A DNA stretch of 33,795 nt from Spirochaetales bacterium (GTDB lineage Bacteria; Spirochaetota; Spirochaetia; JABMQR01): contig JAGLNY010000125.1 in the NCBI GenBank assembly GCA_023139255.1, positions 1 through 33,795 on the forward strand, written 5' to 3'. Shown here piece after piece: positions 14,143 to 21,180 of this stretch; positions within the stretch are counted from its first letter, which is position 1; each line of letters starts with the position of its first letter. The notes beneath the pieces were generated by a model that saw only the letters and a program-made list of their open reading frames with translations, was not told the DNA's origin and did not search any database. A program made the translations under genes and the position numbers.

Positions 14143-14973
14143 TTAATATTTGCCGGATCTGTTTCTTTGCCTATACTCAGTTGGGCTAAGACCACTCGTT
14201 TTTTTGAAGATCTTTAAAAAGTTGCCGTAATCAGAATAGCCGCAGGAAAAACAGATTTCTTTCACCGAATAATTACTCATAAGAAGAGCGCAAGCTCTCT
14301 GTAAACGTATATCAGAGATATAGCTATAGATTCCGGTATCAAATGTCTTTTTGAAAATACGTGAAGCGTAGCTTCGTTCGAGATTTACATGCCGTACCAC
14401 ATCGTCAGCGTTGATCCGGCTAGTGTAGTTTTCGTGAATGAACTCCTGCATTCTCTTTCCATGTCCTGGTTTTCCATTCTTCCCGAATTCACGCTTGCTT
14501 GCGGCATGGTTTCCCCTATACTCTTCAAGTAAAAACTGCATGAAAGAAGAAAACCAACCAACAGCCCTATTCTGCTTAATTAAATTCGGGTGATTACTCT
14601 GTAAAATTGACGAGAGGTTTGAACTGAGGTAATCCGGAAGATGAATACAGGGATTTTTCGGGGATAAGCTGAATCTATCCATCGTTTCATTAGCGGGATC
14701 TTCCCATGCGACCCATGCATACTGCCAGGGTTTTTCTATTGATGCGACATACCGGTTTTTTTCACCTGGGAAAATGAGAAAACCATCTCCCCGTCCCAAA
14801 TCCCAGCGCTTTCCTTTTAAATAAAAGGTTCCCTGCCCCTTGTGTATAAGATGGAGTAGGTAATGGTCCCTGAATCCGGAATAATCATGACCAGGGGAAC
14901 ATTTCTCAAAACCAAAAAAAAGTGGCTTGCATTGTAGGGGTGAATATCCTGTTAAAAACAACTGCTTCATCAT
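14143..14973 (-). CDS. AraC/XylS-family transcriptional regulator (MelR-like position, divergent from melA)
   Basis: 276 aa. It has an N-terminal cupin-like sensing domain and a C-terminal double HTH (..SYASRIFKK..G..YSYI.DIRLQRACALL......VKEICFSCGYSDYGNFLKIFKK..G.SPTEYR). Confidence 0.9.
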   Translation of the reverse strand: MMKQLFLTGYSPLQCKPLFFGFEKCSPGHDYSGFRDHYLLHLIHKGQGTFYLKGKRWDLGRGDGFLIFPGEKNRYVASIEKPWQYAWVAWEDPANETMDRFSLSPKNPCIHLPDYLSSNLSSILQSNHPNLIKQNRAVGWFSSFMQFLLEEYRGNHAASKREFGKNGKPGHGKRMQEFIHENYTSRINADDVVRHVNLERSYASRIFKKTFDTGIYSYISDIRLQRACALLMSNYSVKEICFSCGYSDYGNFLKIFKKTSGLSPTEYRQRNRSGKY

Positions 14974-15092
14974 AAGCCACTAATATAGCATAAAAACACA
15001 CAAATTACCATCTGTATGTCACATATTTCCACTTCTATGATTACTCATTGCATACTATTCTATTTAAAGAAATTATTTACGGAGGAGTAAGC

Positions 15093-16502
15093 ATGTCAAA
15101 GAAAATAGTAATAATCGGCGCCGGGAGTCTTAGTTTTTCCAGTCGTTTAACTGCAGACATTCTGTCGTATCCCGCACTCTCTGATGTCGAGATCAGACTA
15201 GTGGATGTTCACCCCGAGAGACTTTCCTATGCTGAGAGAATAGCAAAGCGCATTACAGTAGAAGGCGGCTATAATAAAGCAGTCATAACAGCAACCAATG
15301 ACCGAAAAGAGGCTCTTAAGGGTGCTGATTTTGTTATTATCAGTATTCTGATAGGCGGTGTAGAGGCAATTGAGACAGAAGTTGACATACCCATGAAATA
15401 CGGGATTGATCAGTGTATAGGGGACACCCTGACACCAGGCGGCATCATGCGGTGTGTCCGGACCCTGCCCGTGCTTCGTGAAATGGCACATGACATAATG
15501 GATATTTGCCCTGACGCGCTTGTACTCAACTACACAAATCCCATGTCAATGCTTACCTGGGGAATGATGGAAGCAGAACCGGAACTGCAGCTTGTCGGAC
15601 TTTGTCATTCCGTGCAGGGAACCGGCGGCGAGTGGGCAAAACGCTTAGGTATCGATTTTGAAGATGTAAACTTTGAATGTGCCGGAATAAACCATCAGGC
15701 ATGGTTTATAAAATATGAAAAAGATGGCGAAGACCTGCTTCCTAAAATCAGGGAACTGGCTGTAAAACCGGAGATCTGGTTTGGTGATTCAACAAGAATG
15801 GAGTACTTAAAGCATTTTGGGTATCCTGTTACCGAGTCATCGGGCCACGGTTCAGAGTACAATCCCTGGTTCAGGAAGAATGAACAGACTATTGCCAGAT
15901 ACTGTCCAAAAGATTTTTCCGAATGGAATGGCGGATCCGGTTTTATAAAGGAACTATACTCCCGTCCCTGGAAAGAGACTATGGAAAAAATGGCTACCTG
16001 GGAAAAACCGGTCTCTCTTGAGAGGAGTCATGAATATGGGTCGATCATCATCAATGCAAAAGCAACAGGCGAGAAAGCGGTTATCTATGGAAACGTGAAA
16101 AACAATGGTCTTATCACAAACCTGCCGGAAGAGTGCATGGTTGAAGTACCTATACTTGTTGATAAAAACGGCATGCGGCCTATCAAAATCGGGGCATTGC
16201 CCACACAGCTTGCAGCAATAAACCGTACTCAGATTAATGTCCAGCAGTTGGCAGTTGAGGCTACAATAAGTGCAGATCCTGAAATTCTTTTCCAGGCTAT
16301 GGCGATGGATCCGCTGACAGGCATGAGCTGTACACTGGATGAGATCAGGGTTATGACTCGTGAACTTATGCAGGCACATGAAAAGTGGATTCCGGTAATG
16401 AAGGGTAAACTTCCGAAAGATCAGCCGCTGGTTTATCTGGAGGAACCGGTAGGCCAGGTTGATAAGCATGTAGATCCCGCAGAGGCGAACCAGCTGGATT
16501 AA
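15093..16502 (+). CDS. melA: GH4-family NAD+/Mn2+-dependent alpha-galactosidase (MelA-like)
   Basis: It shows extensive block identity with E. coli MelA as remembered: KIVIIGAGS, DTLTPGGIMR, NYTNPM, VGLCHSVQGT, CAGINHQAWF, VTESSGH, YGNVKNNGLI.NLP, LAA.N..QINVQ. The ATG at 15093 follows GGAGGAG (15081-15087). The track start at 15048 is an upstream extension. Confidence 0.92.
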   Translation: MSKKIVIIGAGSLSFSSRLTADILSYPALSDVEIRLVDVHPERLSYAERIAKRITVEGGYNKAVITATNDRKEALKGADFVIISILIGGVEAIETEVDIPMKYGIDQCIGDTLTPGGIMRCVRTLPVLREMAHDIMDICPDALVLNYTNPMSMLTWGMMEAEPELQLVGLCHSVQGTGGEWAKRLGIDFEDVNFECAGINHQAWFIKYEKDGEDLLPKIRELAVKPEIWFGDSTRMEYLKHFGYPVTESSGHGSEYNPWFRKNEQTIARYCPKDFSEWNGGSGFIKELYSRPWKETMEKMATWEKPVSLERSHEYGSIIINAKATGEKAVIYGNVKNNGLITNLPEECMVEVPILVDKNGMRPIKIGALPTQLAAINRTQINVQQLAVEATISADPEILFQAMAMDPLTGMSCTLDEIRVMTRELMQAHEKWIPVMKGKLPKDQPLVYLEEPVGQVDKHVDPAEANQLD

Positions 16503-16514
16503 AGCTGCATACAT

Positions 16515-16556
16515 GAATCTGTATTACTTCAAAGCTTTTTGAAGTAATACAGATTC
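16515..16556 (+). terminator. Perfect 19-bp stem, 4-nt loop hairpin downstream of melA
   Basis: GAATCTGTATTACTTCAAA (16515-16533) pairs with TTTGAAGTAATACAGATTC (16538-16556). The stem is AT-rich and is followed by a moderately T-rich tract (tatagattatttta). Confidence 0.55.
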
Positions 16557-16618
16557 TATAGATTATTTTATTGGTCAGTTTCAAGACAAAAATACAATAA
16601 CTGGTAGTATTTGATTCC

Positions 16619-16830
16619 ATGAACAAAAAGGAAGAACTGACCAGACCGGAAAGGAAAAAAGGACAGAAATTCGCGCTTCTTGCCAATATATTTTCACCAG
16701 TGAACATGTATGTGATGGTGGGGGCATTGATGATTCTCTATGCGGGGGATGTCCTTGGGATGCCGGTATCAAAAATTTCCGGAATACTGACATTGATTCC
16801 CCTGTCTTCAGCAATTTTAGAAGAGCGTGA
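16619..16830 (+). pseudogene. Truncated N-terminal remnant of a GPH/MelB-type sugar:cation symporter
   Basis: The first ~65 aa of ORF 16619..17080 (..GALMILYAGDVLGMPVSKISGILTLIPLSSAI) resemble the MelB TM1-TM2 block [30 protein letters not shown]. The rest of the ORF is antisense to the DUF1820 gene and has no transporter character. Confidence 0.45.
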
Positions 16831-16851
16831 GAGTGTAGATGAATTTTTTTA

Positions 16852-17181
16852 CTACTCTTTCCGGGACTTGTTCTTCTTTACCTCTACAATTGAGAAGGAA
16901 GCTACCTTCGGATCTTTCTCGGCTGCTTCCTTATCGAGTTCCTCAATAAGTGACACCGCCTGGAAGGGGATCATTAAATGGTTGGCTCTTCCGAAGGTTT
17001 TCTCAAAGTTTTCCCGGTTCGGGTCAATTATAAGTGAACTTGCTTTCGGGAGTATGATATCCTTTATCGAAACAAAATAGGGGTGTGTCATATCAAGTTT
17101 TTCGGCGCTTAATGTAACTTCCTTGCTTTTCCAGTTAAAATGAACCCGGTACAGTGACAATACAAACCTCCAGATCGACAC
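16852..17181 (-). CDS. DUF1820-family small protein
   Basis: YRVHFNWKSKEVTLSAEKL....YFVSIKDIILPKASSLIIDPNRENFEKTFGRANHLMIPFQAVSLIEEL fits the DUF1820 pattern as remembered (YKV.F...G.VYEL.A......FI.....F.......VDP.EE.L..EF.......IP...I.RI.EV). The track start at 17181 is GTG. TTG at 17160, preceded by GGAGG, is a plausible true start. Confidence 0.65.
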   Translation of the reverse strand: MSIWRFVLSLYRVHFNWKSKEVTLSAEKLDMTHPYFVSIKDIILPKASSLIIDPNRENFEKTFGRANHLMIPFQAVSLIEELDKEAAEKDPKVASFSIVEVKKNKSRKE

Positions 17182-17406
17182 TACTAATTATAAGCAGGAT
17201 ACAGAATTTCCTGAGAGGATTATAACAGAAAGATCCTGTCTAAGTATAGTATTTGTAACAAAAACAACATACATATATACTTCGAAACAATGAAAACAAC
17301 ACATCCCATATCATGCAATAAAGACTGCGTATGCTGTTCAACTTATAAAAATTTGGGAGCTTGAAAAAAGGGATCAGAGAATTTTTTAATTTATTGCAAG
17401 TGTTTG

Positions 17407-17434
17407 TTGCAAAATGTTGCATAAGGAGTATACT
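17407..17434 (+). promoter_or_regulatory. Candidate sigma70 promoter for arcC, within an array of TTGCA(A/T) repeats
   Basis: TTGCAA (17407-17412), a 16-nt spacer, then TATACT (17429-17434). TTGCAA/TTGCAT hexamers lie at 17394, 17407 and 17417. Confidence 0.4.
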
Positions 17435-17442
17435 TGTATATG

Positions 17443-17460
17443 GAGTCCGACAAACTTCTA
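17443..17460 (+). repeat. Half-copy (right-arm-like) of the inverted-repeat element, in the arcC leader
   Basis: GAGTCCGACAAACTTCTA compares with right arms AAGTCCGACAGACTCCTA (lon copy, mRNA sense) and TAGTCCGATAAACTCCTA (serA copy). A possible degenerate left end, AGGAGT..ACTTG, lies at 17425-17437. Confidence 0.35.
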
Positions 17461-17485
17461 AAAGGCTGTGATGTTGGAGGAACAT

Positions 17486-18430
17486 ATGACTAGCAAAACA
17501 ATAGTAATAGCGATAGGGGGGAACTCCCTCATTGAGAAAACCCAGGATATTTCTGTATCATCACAATTTGAGGCAGCCAGAAGAACTGCCGTTCATATCG
17601 TAAGGCTTGCTGCAGAGGGACACCGGATAATTATTGCACACGGCAATGGTCCGCAGGTAGGTTTTGTTCTCAGGCGCTCAGAATTCTCCCGAAAAATCCT
17701 CCACACAGTTCCCCTGGACTCCTGTGTAGCAGATACCCAGGGTGCTATCGGTTACAATCTGCAGATGGCAATCTATAATGAGGCAAAAAAAATAGGAATT
17801 CAAATTCCTGCAGCTACAATAATAACGCAGGTTGAAGTTAATCCGCACGATCCATCATTCAGGTCCCCGACAAAACCGATCGGCTCTTTCATGAATAAGG
17901 AGGATGCTGAATATCATCGTGAAACGGATGGTTGGCATATTATGGAAGATGCAGGCCGGGGGTACAGAAGAGTTGTCCCTTCGCCATTTCCCATAAGCAT
18001 TATTGAAATTGAGATAATCAAAAAACTATCAGGTCAGGGAGCACTGGTTATTGCTGCAGGCGGCGGTGGGATACCGGTTATAAAAACAGATAAAGGGCTT
18101 CTTAAAGGGAAAGAGGCTGTAGTAGATAAGGATTTTTCCGCGGCACTTATGGCCAAAGAGCTTCAGGCAGATTTATTTGTTATTTCTACAGCTATCGATA
18201 AAGTATGCATTAACTTTGGGAAGGATACTGAAAGAAAACTTGATAGAATCAGCTGTAGTGAGGCAGAACAGTATAGCAATCAGGGTCATTTTGCACCCGG
18301 CAGCATGCTTCCAAAGATTAAAGCTGTAATTAATTTTGTCTCTTCAACAGGGAATGAGGGAATTATTACTGATCCTAAACACCTATATGAAGCAATTTAC
18401 AGTAACGAGGGAACGCATATTGTACCATGA
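17486..18430 (+). CDS. arcC: Carbamate kinase
   Basis: IVIAIGGNSL, IIIAHGNGPQVG, TQG.IGY and VIAAGGGGIPV are typical of the carbamate kinase / amino-acid kinase fold. The ATG at 17486 follows GGAGGAA. The track start at 17468 is a GTG extension. Confidence 0.92.
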   Translation: MTSKTIVIAIGGNSLIEKTQDISVSSQFEAARRTAVHIVRLAAEGHRIIIAHGNGPQVGFVLRRSEFSRKILHTVPLDSCVADTQGAIGYNLQMAIYNEAKKIGIQIPAATIITQVEVNPHDPSFRSPTKPIGSFMNKEDAEYHRETDGWHIMEDAGRGYRRVVPSPFPISIIEIEIIKKLSGQGALVIAAGGGGIPVIKTDKGLLKGKEAVVDKDFSAALMAKELQADLFVISTAIDKVCINFGKDTERKLDRISCSEAEQYSNQGHFAPGSMLPKIKAVINFVSSTGNEGIITDPKHLYEAIYSNEGTHIVP

Positions 18431-18460
18431 ATTGAAATTGTCCTACGGATCCTATTTTGT

Positions 18461-18525
18461 GAAGTTTGCTTATTTAAACAAACTTCTGAAGTCAATTTCA
18501 TAAATCGAAGATTTATGAAATTGAC
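18461..18525. terminator. Two hairpins between convergent arcC and the DUF4105 gene (likely bidirectional terminators)
   Basis: Hairpin 1 is GAAGTTTG (18461-18468) with CAAACTTC (18479-18486). Hairpin 2 is a perfect 16-bp stem, GTCAATTTCATAAATC (18491-18506) with GATTTATGAAATTGAC (18510-18525), and a 3-nt loop. Confidence 0.55.
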
Positions 18526-18537
18526 TCAATTACTATT

Positions 18538-19851
18538 TTAATTCCGCTCTCTCATCCAGAACCTGCTCATAATCAGTAGAGATGGTATGAGAATGGATAG
18601 TGTAAGCCAATTTTGTTGATAGAAAACCCCGCTTGCGATCAGCTTAAGAATTAAGAGAATAAGTCCTGCAAGTCCCTGAATGGTAAACAGCAGTTTCTGC
18701 AGCCTGAAAAATTTCTTTTTACCGGCAGCAATGAGAATGCCGAGGATCCCGATCCAAAGGAGCAGGGGTGATGCAATCAAGACGTTCTCATTACTAAAAG
18801 TAACATCATGATTTGTAAGAATCATCATAAATAGAAGTACTGTTCCGAGAGTCCCGAACAGCAAACCGTATAGAGCTGAATATGTACCATATGCAATCCT
18901 CCAAATAGTTTTACCTGTCCTGAAAAAGCTGAGACATAAAACCAGACCCGCAATTCCGGCAAGCAGTCCTACAGCAATTCCCGCAGGCCAGTATTCTGCG
19001 GGTTCTGAAGGGATCACCCCTCGTTCAGGAAATTCAGAAAGTATTTCATATTTACTGACAAGTTTCACTGAATTCCCGGAACTGTCTATATAATGAAAAT
19101 TCAGCAGATTCGCATTGAGTTCATCAGGGAGGAACATGTCATCCCATAGCGTTATAGGTTTATCAATAACCCCGCTTTGGAGAAAATTAAGCACCCAGTC
19201 CATAAAAAAATGGTTTCCGGAGTATCTGCGAATATGATCACGGTATGTCATCCTACCCGGTTTGGCAACTGCCCATGTTTCAAGTTGTCCATCGACAGCC
19301 ATATTGATAACATCCCGTATCCTGGTAGAGCAGTTGTCATAGTAATGGTGGTACAAGTAGGTATTGTTGCCTGGTTTAACCTTGTTCTGAAGAAAAATTG
19401 CCGTTTCGTACCTCTTTTCAGGAGGAATATCCAGGGTAGCTATCATTATATTCCTGCCGGAAAGTTTTGCCAGGGAAATCCGATAGGCTGTGGGAGCAGC
19501 AACTACTCCGTATATTAATCTTCCCATGGTAAAGTTCCGGTAAAAATTATCCTGCTTAAAGCTGAAAACGCCAAAGTCATAGAGAATCTCGGTATCCCGA
19601 AGTGAATCCTCAACAACAATTGCTATATGACCGTACCACAAGTATACAGGATCATCCTGACCGATTGTAAGAATCTTGATAGACAGGTATTCGCCCCGCT
19701 CAACCATTTGTGCCTTATCCGGCAGATCCACTGCTGTCAGCAGGTACGGGAAAGCACCCCGGATACAGGTGAATAGTATGATTGTAAGCAGAAGCATACG
19801 GGTTTTTCTCATGGAACGCATCATAGCATATAATATTGGTAAAAGCATCAT
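18538..19851 (-). CDS. DUF4105 (Lnb-type N-terminal periplasmic domain) membrane protein
   Basis: 437 aa. The signal/anchor is MRKTRMLLLTIILFTC. WYGHIAIVV...YDFGVFSF...NFYRNF..GRL.Y and Y.YHHYYDNCSTRIRDVI are characteristic DUF4105 blocks. The C-terminal third has at least 4 hydrophobic helices. The start is uncertain, with several in-frame Met codons between 19851 and 19797. Confidence 0.8.
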   Translation of the reverse strand: MMLLPILYAMMRSMRKTRMLLLTIILFTCIRGAFPYLLTAVDLPDKAQMVERGEYLSIKILTIGQDDPVYLWYGHIAIVVEDSLRDTEILYDFGVFSFKQDNFYRNFTMGRLIYGVVAAPTAYRISLAKLSGRNIMIATLDIPPEKRYETAIFLQNKVKPGNNTYLYHHYYDNCSTRIRDVINMAVDGQLETWAVAKPGRMTYRDHIRRYSGNHFFMDWVLNFLQSGVIDKPITLWDDMFLPDELNANLLNFHYIDSSGNSVKLVSKYEILSEFPERGVIPSEPAEYWPAGIAVGLLAGIAGLVLCLSFFRTGKTIWRIAYGTYSALYGLLFGTLGTVLLFMMILTNHDVTFSNENVLIASPLLLWIGILGILIAAGKKKFFRLQKLLFTIQGLAGLILLILKLIASGVFYQQNWLTLSILIPSLLIMSRFWMRERN

Positions 19852-19888
19852 CTTGACAACAGATAACTCTCCCTATAGGCTCAATCTG

Positions 19889-20638
19889 ATGGAAAGAAAT
19901 ATTCGTACAGAAGCAATAATATTGTCCAGCAGGAGAATGGGTGATCTGCATAGATCGGTAACCTTGCTCTCCCCCGATCTCGGATTACTGCAGGCTGCGG
20001 CTTTCGGTGCCCAAAAAGGAAAGAGCAAACTATCCGGTTGGGTTGAGCCGTTTGTTTCCGGAGTATTCAATTTATACTACAATCCCGTAAAACAGCAGTA
20101 TAAGATTATGGATATAGGCACCTGTAAGTTCCGGGAATTTTTACGTTTGGATATATATGCCTTTTACCTGGCCTCATTCTGGGCGGAATTAATAATAAAG
20201 ACCTATGGCGGCGGCGGAGAATACCGTGATTTGTATAATTTAATTATGGAATCTTTAGACGTACTGAGTAACGGAGCGGGAGTTGATAACCAAAACTTGT
20301 TGGTACAGACGATTTGGAGATTCCTTACCATAATTGGGTATGCCCCTGAACTGGGAGAGTGCCCTGAGTGCGGGAAAAGCCTTGAAAATTCAGAAACCCT
20401 TGTATTTGATACAGGAGTGAATGCATTTCTCTGCAGCAGCTGCGGCAGATATCAGGAACTTGCCATATACCAGGGATCGCGAAAATACCTCCTGTATACC
20501 CGGACTTTACCCTTGCAGGATGCAGTTGCCGTAAATTTAAGCGGTAAAGCAATGGACAACTTGAGAAAAGTGTTAATTTCACTTGTTTTGCATGTTGTGG
20601 GAGGCTCCTTAAAGACCCTGCAGGGTGGTATTTTATGA
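19889..20638 (+). CDS. recO: DNA repair protein RecO
   Basis: MERNIRTEAIILSSRRMGDLHRSVTLLSPDLGLL.A.AFGA.K forms the OB-fold N-terminus. A C-terminal zinc finger is present (CPECGKS...LCSSCG). Track ORF 19676..20638 is an upstream extension that overlaps the divergent gene. Confidence 0.9.
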   Translation: MERNIRTEAIILSSRRMGDLHRSVTLLSPDLGLLQAAAFGAQKGKSKLSGWVEPFVSGVFNLYYNPVKQQYKIMDIGTCKFREFLRLDIYAFYLASFWAELIIKTYGGGGEYRDLYNLIMESLDVLSNGAGVDNQNLLVQTIWRFLTIIGYAPELGECPECGKSLENSETLVFDTGVNAFLCSSCGRYQELAIYQGSRKYLLYTRTLPLQDAVAVNLSGKAMDNLRKVLISLVLHVVGGSLKTLQGGIL

Positions 20639-21180
20639 GACTTTTTATTGCTGTACCCCTTCCTGAGAATGCAGCAGCAGCCCTCAATAATTGTACTAAG
20701 CCCCTCAGGGAAAAGAAGAATGTCCGGCTTGTGCCAAAACAGAATCTGCACTGTACGATCCTCTTTATAGGAGAAAAGTCAGAATCTGAATGTAAGAGTA
20801 TAATAGGGACAATGAAAGAAATCCGGGAACACTTATCAGTTGCCGAAATTTCTGTGAACAGGCTTGTACTGTTCCCATCTGGAACCCGGAAACCCAGGGT
20901 AATAGCAGCGGCTGTCGACTCAGCAAATCAGGGATTACAGGTATATCACAGGATATTCTGCAGGGAATTGGGGATGTTGAAAGTGAAGAACTATCATCCG
21001 CATATAACATTAGCCCGTTTACGTCAAAATGATCAGGTAATGCAGAAAAAACAGATTCACCACTTGATTGAACTTCCATCAATCTCTTTTCAGGCAGAAA
21101 ATATCATTCTGTATAGTTCATTATTATTTCGTGAAGGAGCTTCCTACGATCCGCTTTTTACTATAAAATTGGGCTCATGA
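20635..21180 (+). CDS. thpR: RNA 2',3'-cyclic phosphodiesterase (2H phosphoesterase, ThpR/LigT)
   Basis: 181 aa, starting MRLFIAVPLPE, with two HxT motifs (LHCTILFIG and HPHITLARL). It has ATGA overlaps with recO upstream and recJ downstream. Confidence 0.85.
   Translation: MRLFIAVPLPENAAAALNNCTKPLREKKNVRLVPKQNLHCTILFIGEKSESECKSIIGTMKEIREHLSVAEISVNRLVLFPSGTRKPRVIAAAVDSANQGLQVYHRIFCRELGMLKVKNYHPHITLARLRQNDQVMQKKQIHHLIELPSISFQAENIILYSSLLFREGASYDPLFTIKLGS

Noticed and set aside
15954-16514. 186-aa minus-strand ORF.
   Set aside because: It lies antisense within melA, which matches MelA along its whole length. The ORF is Cys/His/Phe-rich with no motifs.
16619-17080. Treating ORF 16619..17080 as an intact 153-aa gene.
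   Set aside because: Only the first ~65 residues look like a transporter N-terminus. The remainder is the antisense of the DUF1820 gene, which has a coherent family pattern. I called it a truncated remnant instead.
17394-17412. Sigma-54 promoter (TGGCAC-N5-TTGCA) upstream of arcC.
   Set aside because: There is no GG dinucleotide at the -24 position, and the TTGCAA-to-TTGCAA spacing is 13 nt rather than 11.
19676-19888. Long N-terminal extensions in the track: recO from 19676, gcvPB from 29281, melA from 15048, arcC from 17468.
   Set aside because: Each extension overlaps a neighbouring gene or lacks an RBS. An internal ATG with a good SD reproduces the canonical family N-terminus in each case.
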